Shown here in pieces: positions 11,922 through 22,855 of a stretch of DNA of 64,000 nucleotides. This DNA is from Catajapyx aquilonaris. Lineage: Eukaryota. Position 1 is the first letter of the stretch. Each line of letters opens with the position of its first letter. The notes beneath the pieces are model-generated. The model saw nothing but the letters and a program-made list of their open reading frames with translations. It made no database searches and had not been told where the DNA came from. The translations under genes and the position numbers were made by a program. The DNA is taken from contig KZ538083.1 of NCBI GenBank assembly GCA_000934665.2, positions 62,001 to 126,000 on the forward strand, in the 5' to 3' direction.

Positions 11922-14353
11922 TAGTTACATCATCCTGTATAGTCAATGGCATAAATTTGTGAGACACTACATATCATATGATTAAATAGTTGAGGAAAAT
12001 AGTTTATTATGGCTAATCTATTTTCTCCGTAGTTGTTCACTTTTTAGCCAGCACAGCAGAGAATGTCTGCTAGATTCAATATTGTGCTTTTCGAGTTATC
12101 TGGTTATGGAATACACCTGACAGTCTTATTTACAGTTGTGCAACGACCAATTAGGGGGCTTTTAACACTGTTAGAGATAAGCATCCTCACAGTTTTTAAA
12201 TTAGCGGCAACCTTTTCTCCATTGAGTTTTTTTTTTCCAAAGATGAAGAACATATCCTTATATTGACCCTTGCTGCTGCGGATGGGCTACCTATTCATTG
12301 TTATGCTCATGGATGTGAGAAAAGTTCATTTTCTCATGATAATGGGACTCAAGGGCAATCAGCTTGTCCTTACGGCGGATATTCCAAGTTCGCTTTTGTC
12401 TTTTTCCTAGTTATGTGAAAGATCGTGGATAATATCAAGGTGTCTTTGTCACTTTTTTTTATGTGCATGTGGAAGAAGGAAATGCTGGAAAGTAGGCTCT
12501 CTCGAGAAAACCACCATGGTTGTAGAATGTGATAAAGAAAGTGAGCAGGCTTTCTCACTGCCATGCAGAAAGCCAATCCTGAAATCTGACACACATTTTT
12601 GCTTTTTTTTTCTCTCTCTCTTGGTCGTCTTCTTCCATCCTCTTCCTTTTCTTCAACCTGCTTCCACCGCTGCTACTTTTTTTTTTCTTCTGTTAAATGT
12701 GAGAGTTGCATAACCGTGCTTGGGGGGCTTTCACAGGGCAGCATTATAATAATGATATCCGCGTCTTTTTTCGTTGAAATTGTTATTGCATTCGGTTGGA
12801 TTTTAACGGTTTGCATGACACTGAGCCACTTGTCATTTTGTTAAGAGTCCAAATTGACAATTAAGTTCAATTTCTGTACCGGTTGTGACCTTCAAGTCCC
12901 AGAAATAATGAAGAAACTGGTATTTCAGCTTCATTTTTTTCTACTGAAATACCTGCATGACGTTAGTTCTGACACATGAGAAATGTGACCTGCATTGGTA
13001 CGTTGAGCTTCAAGGCTAATATTCAAACTATTAGCCGTTAAGCAATTTTTAAAATATATCATGCAACCGCAGTTGATGCCACTGCTGGTAGGATTACATG
13101 TTGATACATTGCACATCCTTTAAGAATAAATATACTCACTTTGTCATACGGAAAAATCAAGAGTTAATTAGGCAGTTGTAATCAGTGTAATTCAGTGTTA
13201 GAGGAAATTAATAAGTAATCACATTGAACACAATGACAGTCATGTGATATTTCTTGTTTAACAACTTGAGAGTGTACGGTCTTGTTCAACCATTTTCCAT
13301 CATCTGCTGTGTAAGCCAAGATTGCTCGGATGGTTCATCTATTACCACGATAATATTAATGGCAAATCAACGACTGAAATCTGGGATTAGACTGCTGCAA
13401 ATATTTTTGTATAATTGGAAGCATTTTTAAAAAGTTCAGTAGCACATAATTATGCTGTTAATGACAGGTGTACTGAGCGTGTCGGATGTTATCTAAGTAA
13501 ATGGCATGTATGGCATGACGTGGGGAAGCGGTTTTTTGTGTGCAATAGCAGAGTTTGCGTCAAAGGAAGGTGCCTAACTAGTTTGACAGCGGCATGATGC
13601 CCTTGGAAGGTGCCTCATCCCCACCCGTTGCCTCCCCCTTTTTTTTTCCTGGGCCTTCCAGGGTAATTATTTGCTTTGCTCTGCCTTCCACAAAAAATAC
13701 ACAAGCATTATTCCATGGTTCTTGTCCAATTAAGGATGCTGCAATGCTGAGAAGATTTAATTGCCTTTTTAAGTGCATATAACCTAGCTACAATTAGTCA
13801 CCTGCTATTGTGAGGAAAGATCCCAAGACTTGCCAGCAGCAGTCCATAGAGTCATCTTACAGTACTGATGATGTAACAGTTATGTGGAGTCATGTGCAAT
13901 TAAACATTTATTGCCAGATGAATATGGAATAATTTTTACTGGATTATTATTGATCTCATCAGGTCATATAAAGCATTATACGTTATACGTATAATAAGAA
14001 CAGAAAATTTAATGTCTTGGTTTGACTTTGTAAAGGCTTAGCTGCATAAACATATATTGGGCTTTAATTAATGTCCGACTGTGTAAAAACACATAAGCTC
14101 AATTCAAAATCCTCGTTGTGACTGAAAAGTTCCACCTTGCTGTATCTCGCAATTGAACATTACAATCATTGCACCAGGCATACCAGATTGCTTGCGGTGA
14201 AGTACATATTGTTAAGGCATGAGAGTATAAGACATATTTTAATAAAATAGTAACAGTTCATAAAACCAAGACATTCAGGAACTGTTTTATGAAAGCAAAC
14301 TAGGGCAAATATCTGATTATGTATTCACAATACATAATCCAACATTTCATCTA

Positions 14354-15671
14354 CGAGGGGCGTTCATAAAGTTCGCTTTGAAGGGAAAGAGAAAAACTGT
14401 TCAAATTGCACACATGCAGGAGTCCTTCTCTCTATTTATCTATTTGAACCATGCAGAGCCACACATTTTTACCAGCAACGCACGACCTGTAGGACACAGT
14501 CGTTGTCGAAGTCAACACGTTGTGTTTGAAAGATGAAAGCCTCTGTTGTCCGTGGTGGGGGGCACTTGTGTTTCTCCCATTATACCAAAGACCTGCCCGG
14601 CTTGGAAGACCCTCCTGTCGATGAAGCTACCACTGGAATAGCTCTTCGGGGTCATAGGAGAAGCACAAGCCTCACCACACCCCACTACCACCACAATAAC
14701 AGAAGTTGAAAACATTTTTCAAACACTTGTTGACTTCAACAATGATTGTGTCCTGCAGGTTGTGCATTTGCTGGTACAAATGTGTGGCTCTGCAGGGTTC
14801 AACTAGAGAGAAGGACTAAATCGTGGGTTGATTAATAAGTCATTGCACGTATTTCATTCAAAAACGGTAACACATACAGAGATGACCTTTGCTGAGTTTT
14901 GAAGCTCAGGCGATTACACTTTGATTTGGCATACAGATGTCGCCCATATTGCGGGGGGAGGCAGGGATACAAAAGGGGATCATGACCCTCCACAGCACCA
15001 TCGCCCTATGAAGGCCCGAGCCTGATGCGCTTGGAGCTGTTGGACTCAGCATGCTGGACACTCGGAGATGGGCAACACTGGAGCTTGCTTTCGAGTGTGG
15101 GACAAGTCAGAGCACTATGCTTAGGACTCTGAAAGCCTGAAAGGTCTCAGTAAGTTAGCACCCCCACTGGTTCCTCACCATCTCTTTGAGGTGCAAAAGA
15201 GCCACCATTTTGCCTTCACTTGGAACTCAATCGCAATGAGAGCGATGGTTTTTTCAAATGGTTTGTAGCAGTGGATGACACATGGCTCTGGCCATAGTTC
15301 TCTGACTTGTCCCACACTCGAAAGCAAGCTCCAGTGTTGTCCATCTCCGAGTGTCCAGCATGCAGTGTCCAACATCTCCAAGCGCGTCAGGCTCGGGCCT
15401 TCTTAGGGCGATGGTGCGGTGGGGGGGTCACGATCCCCTTTTGTTTCCCTGCCTCCCGTTCGATGTGGGCGACATCTATATGCCAGATCAAATTGTAATC
15501 GCCGAAGCTTCAAAACTCAGCAAAGGTCATCTCTGTATGTGTTACCGGTTTTTAATTTAAAAATACGTGCAATGACTTATTAATCAACTCACGTACATGT
15601 GTGAAATTTGAACCGTTTATCTCTTTTTTTTCAAGGCGATGCGATGGTACAAACTTTATGAACACCCCTTG
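14354..15671 (-). mobile_element. Rearranged, non-autonomous mariner element with two long internal inverted repeats
   Basis: TA-flanked TIRs CGAGGGGCGTTCATAAAGTT / AACTTTATGAACACCCCTTG, extending ~60 bp. Degenerate transposase peptides: DTRRWATLELAFECGTSQSTMLRTL (HTH), LVPHHL (WVPHEL-like), FVAVDDTW (first catalytic D) and WYKCVALQG..EKD* (C-terminus). Confidence 0.85.
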
Positions 15672-15871
15672 TATAATTTTCATTCATACAACAGACCCGT
15701 AATGGTTGACATGCTGGTTGATCTACTAATGAAGTTGCATATTCATGAGAATCTTTTTCTTGGTTGGTTGCAGTTCTGATAGTTTAACTAGTGTCAAGTT
15801 CATGACGAGTGTTATGTTGTTGTGGCTTGTATTCATAGGCTATCTGTTGCATTTTCAGATCTGCGTAAAAG

Positions 15872-18800
15872 ATGCCTCATCAAGGAAAGGAAAAGAAGAC
15901 GTCGTGCTGGCCTGAGGATGTGGGTATAGTGGCCATCGAGATATATTTCCCATCCCAGTATGTGGACCAGACGGAGCTGGAGCAGTACGATGAGGTGTCT
16001 GCTGGGAAGTACACCATCGGTCTGGGGCAGAACAAGATGGGAGTCTGCAGTGATCGGGAGGACATCAACTCCCTTTGCCTCACTGTCGTGGAGAGACTAA
16101 TGGAGAAGCATCATGTCGGTGAGTATGTGGGAAAACCCCAGGGTGACACAACCGCTTTGCAAGGTTACTAAAATTCAGGAGTGTTATGGCCAGAAGGTAA
16201 TGAAAGTTGCCTGGGTGGGTTAATTAAGTTGTGGGTTTTCCAGGAAAGCTTTCCCGTAGGTTTTTTTACCTTTGTCTTGACATTGAGTGCATTTTTCATT
16301 TTTATTTACTCTCCTCCCTTCTCAGGGATTAGCCGTCAACTACATTTGGCTTACTCTTTCACTTGAATTCCACAGGCAGTGTTAAAATTGATTATCTATT
16401 GCCAATATGTTGCTGATAGATTGTATAAGTTGTTAAATTTTAAATATCAACCAAAGTAGCATTATATCTCGGCTAGATATGTATGATTAGTCGTCTGTTA
16501 ATTCAACATGTTTGTGTGGCTTTTCCAAAGTGAACAGACTATGTGCTCCTTTTGTGACAGAGTTTTACTACTCTATTGTTCCTGCATTGCTGTAACAGAA
16601 ACATTAGGTGCTTGTTGAGTTCATGAGTACATTTCAGTGTGCTTTCGCTACAGGCTTGGCATGACATGTGAAAGTAAGTCTCTCTGTTGGTTCAGGCATG
16701 TAAGACTTGTGATGCTTGAATATGCCATACCAGTCATTATAATTACTAATCATTACTGACGACTATCAAGAATACCAACATGCCTACATGGCATTGTGAA
16801 TGCAGCTATTGAATCAGAATTTGTCTAGGTTCATATAATTTGTTTGCCCTACGTAAATTTCAGCACCTTTTCCTCATATATATCACCTAGCTGATCTAGT
16901 TCAAACAAAAAGTTTCTTGACTTCAAGGTGTTGCGCAGGGCAGATTGCACCATTGCGAGTGTCGCCTTAATTCCAAGGGTGATCATTGTTATAGCTGTTA
17001 GGCCACAATTAATAAAAATGGTAACCTCAGGGTCCAAGGCCACACCAGCTGCAGTGCAAGCAAACCTTACCATTTCTTGTTGTCACTCCTACATCCCATT
17101 TCCCTCCAACTGCAATAAATTATTTAAATGCCTTTGCTGCGTATGATTGCCAAGTATCACACATTTTTGCATTCTTTATAGGTTATGAGAACATTGGCCG
17201 CTTGGAAGTTGGCACCGAGACCCTATTGGACAAATCTAAGAGCGTGAAGACTGTCTTGATGCAGCTGTTTGAGGAGAGTGGCAACCGGGATGTTGAGGGT
17301 ATTGACACCACCAACGCCTGCTATGGTGGGACAGCTGCCCTGGTCAACGCCCTCAACTGGGTGGAATCCTCTGCCTGGGACGGACGCTATGCCCTGGTAG
17401 TTTGTGGGGACATAGCTGTCTATGCCTCTGGAAGTGCACGACCAACTGGAGGGGCTGGCGCTGTTGCTATTCTGGTGGGTCCCAATGCTCCGCTGGTGGT
17501 GGAGAGAGGGACGCGTTCATCTCACATGCGGCATACCTATGACTTCTATAAGCCTGACATGGAATCTGAGTACCCACGAGTTGACGGAAAGCTGTCTATT
17601 CAGTGTTACTTGGCAGCCCTTGACAACTGCTATTGGGAATTCTGCCGTAAGACAGAGGAAAGGGCTGCGTTGGAAGGCAAGAAGGAGAGAGTGACGCTTG
17701 AAAATTTCGATGGCCTTCTGTTCCACTCACCCTACTGCAAACTGGTCCAAAAGTCACTGGCAAGGCTTGTGTACAATGACCTCATGCGTGCCCAAGATGC
17801 TGAAGAGCTGAACAGGAGGTTTCCTGGGATGGAAAAGTTCAGGAAGGCCAGGATGGAAGACACCTATGAGGACAGGGACCTGGAGAAGGCGATGGTGTCC
17901 TTCTCAGCACCCGTGTTCCAGCAGAAGACGCATCCCTCACTCCTGCTTGCAAACCAGATTGGAAACATGTACACTGCTAGCCTTTACGGGAGTCTCATTG
18001 CTTATCTCATCAGGTGAGGGTGTTTTTCATGGAGCATCAATTGTCTTTTATACATATAATAGAGGCATGTTAAAATGTTAACCGTATTTGCAATTCTGTG
18101 TCTTTTCTCGTGCAGCAAGTCAGCACACGCACTTGCTGGAAACCGCCTGACCCTCTTCTCATACGGTTCGGGCTTGGCATCCACCATGTTTGCAATTCGA
18201 ATTAGCTCAGAATCTGGCCCCAACTCGGCCTTGTCTCGCATGTGCCAGAGCCTAGCAGACATCAAGAGGAGATTAGAAGCCAGGACCAAGATGTCTCCTG
18301 CAGACTTTTCTACCATGATGCAGAGGAAGGAGGAAGTCCTACATAAAGGTATGCAAACTAACTTGCAACATGCAATTATTTTCGTTGGGGGTCTCAATTT
18401 AGTGGCACACAGCAAATTTGGCAAAAAAAAAAGGTTGTGCATAAGAGATGTAACTGGATTTAAGCAGCGAATTAAAAGTTAGTCAATCTCACTTAATTTT
18501 GCCATAAAGAGCTTATCTGCAGTAGGTAGACATCAATACTGCATTTCTGTTGACATTGAACATACTCCAAGGAATAATGGGGCTAATCTTATGCATTTGA
18601 AATTGTTGCAACTACACCAAAGAACATCTAACAAATAACTTTTTCCTACATTAGTTCCATACACTCCGAGTGCACCCACATCTGGCCTGTTCCCGGGTAC
18701 ATGGTACCTGACACAAGTGGACTCTGAGCATCGCCGGACGTACGAGTACACCCCACATGACTCGATGAATGGAGCAAAGTATGAGCTGCGTGCCGGTGTG

Positions 18801-18893
18801 CATGTCAGTGCCAATGGTAACAACAAGGGAAAGGGAAACTTGGTTGGAGTTGGGATTCAGACCGCTTCTAGGCTTGTAGCAAATTCCAGCTGA
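15872..18893 (+). CDS. HMGCS: Hydroxymethylglutaryl-CoA synthase, ~516 aa; exons 15872-16118, 17182-18013, 18116-18348, 18655-18893
   Basis: [34 protein letters not shown], catalytic [40 protein letters not shown]. All introns are GT-AG and in frame. Confidence 0.97.
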
Positions 18894-19554
18894 TTCATCC
18901 TCATTTGACGTCGCGTAAAGTTTTACGTTGGAGGTGTGCGGTGCTAAACAATTATTTTGAAAATAAAAATACTCACATGGGTAGTACGACTTAAAGAGGA
19001 AGTTTGATTTAATTAGGTAGCATCACAGTGGGGTTGGAAGTATCTCTCTTTTGCACTGTCCTTTACTTTTGTATAGAGCAAAATTAGGTGGATCTCATGT
19101 CCGCTTTTTATGTAGCAGGGAACTTTTATTTATTGTTATATCTACCATATTTTATGCAAGGTGGCAGTGATTTATTTTTTAATTTTTTCATATTAGGGAG
19201 GGTGATGGGAATGACCTCATTCCCATAATAATATTCTGTATATTGTGTTGGACTTCCCAAATCTGAAAAATTGCAACTTGACGTAGGTGTTTGTAGCAAC
19301 AAATTCGTTCCACAGGCAAAGTTACTTGTTAATGCCTAACAGTGGAAATATATTGTCTGCAGTTTTATTTTTTTGTTTGTTTTGTAGCTGAGCTGAATCA
19401 AGATCTAGTTTTGTACAATTTATATATATACATATATTAATATATATAAAGATATGCACATTATTTGTGATGGAATAAAGATGAGCAGCTTAGACAAGAA
19501 CTGTGAACTTTATTCAACAACGAAACTGAGTAATGTGTTACATAACACTGACCT

Positions 19555-21089
19555 CTAGTCCAAGAGGTTGATTGGAAGTCGAGGAGACTTTTGAGTTTTA
19601 CGTGGGATATTGGGTGTCCCCGGGGCAGACCTCTTGGGCTGATGTCCTTGTGCCCGTGCGGCAGAGGTGCTTGGGCCAGCACGAGGAGGTGGCATCATGT
19701 TTTGCCCCTGATTGTTCAAGTTATTACCAGTGATAGATCGCCCTGGAGCTACATTCCGGCCTGTCCCCAGGTTAACACCCCCAGTTCCATCTTCAGAGTT
19801 CAGGATCGAGCAGATGACGCGCTTGATTTCTAGGTGCTTTGAATACAGGCTCGCGTATTCATTGAGAAGCTCAGACAGTTTCCTTTCCAACTCTCCCATT
19901 ATCTTGAATACTTCATCATCTTGCTTCTTTGTCTGTATCTCCTTGAGCTCGAAGCTCTCTGCAATCTGAAGTTACAAGTGAACAATTGGAATGCAACTTG
20001 GGGTCATTGACCTCAACACTGTGATTTTATACCATTTCACTCAGCTTAGCCCCCTTGGCTCTTCGCCCTTCAGTACATTCCTTCGTCTTGTTGATGAGCT
20101 GCTTGAAGAGACTGTTAGTCATTCCCTGCATGGCCTGGATTTTTTTCTGTCCAGGCAAATCCCATGACCTAGAACAAGCATGTGAAGTGTGTTGTATGAT
20201 ATGCAAACAAACCACTGTTTCATGGTAACTGAAGTTACTGTCATTGACCCTACCCCAAGCCTACCCTATCCAAATGAGACCACTACTAATATTTGCAAAA
20301 CTGTCTCATACACTGCTAAATAACTGCAAATTCAAGGAGATGGACAACTACGTGATCAACTGGTGCTCTGTTTTGGGGGAAAACACATTCAGAAGAGCCA
20401 ACTCACATTTTCAAACCCTCTTTGCATTGCTCAAGCTTGTGAAGCAGCACAAAATGATGCAGTGTGCATCTCTGTGATTCAACTAAGAATTATGTAAGTG
20501 AATGTGCAGAAGAGTTCACAAGTTGGGCAAAGCTGCTTCTAATGTTTGACCTTCTGAGCTACCAACTAAAGCGTTTGGGATGTGGCAACACAGATTGTAA
20601 GGCAGACTTGTGTGCATGCAGAATTCCAAACCCAAGCCCCAAGCCTAAAGCGGTTCACAACACAATTGTTGCCAGAGTTAACAATCCAGATGTGTTAAAT
20701 GCAGGTAGACTGAAGTACTGTACCACTTGATTCAAATGTGAATCATTTCATCTTCCCTGTAAGAAGTGCCTTGCGTACATGCTCCTATGTGAGAAAATTA
20801 AGTAAAATCTCTAACGTTAAATGGCAACATGAAACTTCTGCAGTCGTGCTGTAGATTCTAACTCGAGGCTCTCTTTTGCATATTCCACGAATAGTAGTAG
20901 TCATGAACAAATGCGCATGGCTTCAAGAGACGGCTTTTTTAATGCTCATATGCAGTGTTCTCATGCATTATAAGCACGTGGGAGGCGAGACAAGTACCGT
21001 GCAGTCATATCATCCTCTTCTTGTTCATCGGGCTGCTGGTAACTCATCGCTTGACCTCCAGGCGGCTGCACCCACCTTCCACGGTCCAT
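19555..21089 (-). CDS. Uncharacterised ~212-aa coiled-coil protein; coding exons 21089-20998, 20168-20033, 19965-19555 (probable 5' UTR exon ~21357-21560)
   Basis: Three exons join in frame via GT-AG: MDRGRW...MTAR|SWDLPG...LSEM|IAESFEL...LLD*. Helical heptad-like middle, Pro/Arg-rich tail, AATAAA on - at 19509-19514. No family recognised. Confidence 0.65.
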
Positions 21090-21569
21090 CTTTGCACAGA
21101 CAGCGACGTTGAGTTGATGCTAACAGCAAACTACAACACCAAAAAATAACATTAGTTCATTAATCACTGGTTAATCCAGTACATCTTTTCCTTGATTACA
21201 ATTGGTCATACATCTGGCAGTGATTGTTTGAGTCATACTGTGCGACATGGTTTTAACCAATAAATGTATTAGGGTGAACTTCCACCCAAATATTGTCAGA
21301 CTAAAGGAAAGTGCCTGAACCGGCCTGAACCAGTGTTCCAAAGATGGTGAGCTTACTTCTTTCAGGGCAGCCCCTAACTTCGGCGCCTCCAGCCAGCTAC
21401 AAATCCGGAGTTGACTTCCCGGCTGTACCCGTAATGCCAACCACCGCTATTTCTTCTCGTAAAGGACCAACACTTGGGTAGGATTTCAGGCCGGATCCTT
21501 TCCCCCTCGAGCAGACAACAACTCTTCTCCGGTCGAACGTCGAAGACTCTTCTCATCCAAGCCGCGCGT

Positions 21570-21610
21570 TCGAACACGTCACGTGACCAAATACGTGACG
21601 TAATCATGAA
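21570..21610. promoter_or_regulatory. Palindromic E-box (GTCACGTGAC) promoter element
   Basis: GTCACGTGAC at 21578-21587 with a second ACGTGACGT nearby, immediately upstream of the minus-strand orphan gene's first exon. Confidence 0.5.
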
Positions 21611-22855
21611 TTAATATGGCACAATCGGAATATACCTCTGATAAGCAACATTTTATTTATTTAATAATGTAACTTGGTAATTTAAAAATGTAAAATTACT
21701 AGAGTAATTTAAGAGCAGCACAATTTGGAGCTGGCAACATGTGTGGGGTGGCGCCAAAATGGCGCCGGGTTTTGTGAGGTTCTGATGGCTCGGCTGGTGA
21801 TGAAGTCGAATTTTGGAAGCCGAACGATCAACGAAGGACAGAGAGGCGAACCCTGCAGATTGCCAAGATGCTGAGGATCAACCAGCAGGTACCGGTATAC
21901 ACCCTGGGTCACAACTTGAAACACGCTTCTATACTTATAGGTATGATAATTATGCAACTATAATGTTACAGAAGCATCTCCATTGAGTTTAAACAAGTTT
22001 AAACCAGGTCTGTGCTCTATTTCTTGGTAGGCTACAGTTGAGAGAGTTTAGATCCAGGTCATGAGGTGTTGGAAAACACAAACATGTTAAAAGTTTCATT
22101 TGTGAGGCACCAGACAAGTTAATAACTTTTCAGTGATTCTCAGGTAACTTGGATATTTACTGTTTCATTATCTGAAAGTGCAATTTAAATACATTACGGA
22201 CTTGAGACTGACACACCTTCCTTGCAGATTCATGCAATTACACCATTTAAAAATTGAAACAAACCAAATGTGCGAAGAAAGACTGTATTGTCACTAACTG
22301 TGAAAAAATTATCATACATTCAGTAAATCTTGAACACTGCAAAAAAAATTGTGAATGAGATAATAATGAGCCCTGCATGTCTTCAGAAAGAGGGCGAAAT
22401 GCTGTACAACATCACAAGCTGAATAATCATGCACAGTAGCATAACAATTATAAAAGTAAGTTAACCTAAGGCTCACAAAATTAATCTGACACTGCTTCAT
22501 TGGCACATTCACACATGTAAGTTACCTAATGTCATGAGCATGAGGTTAGCAAGTTGCAACTAGCAAGTGGAATTGATGGGCTTTCACTAGCTGGGTGACT
22601 GATGTCTTTTTCATGTGTATCGAAGTAGGCAGCATGTGATGCATGCAGCACATTAACTTTAATGCATTTGTGTTGTAGAGCTGTCCTACCCTGCCTAGGG
22701 AAACGCACACAACCTCACTTACTACAATGTCACTAACCAAATGCTGATGGTGGTACACATGCTCACTTGAACAACTCTGAGGAGGATAAAAAATATCTAG
22801 CAGATTTTAGCTTCCTGGTGCCAAAACTCTGCAGAGAGAGAAAAAAAAGGACAGC

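Noticed and set aside
20724..20784. Extra exon of the orphan minus-strand gene
   Set aside because: It has stops in all frames, and the flanking exons already join in frame without it.
21739..21890. ORF with in-frame TGA (selenoprotein?)
   Set aside because: No redox motif, no recognisable homology and no SECIS identified.
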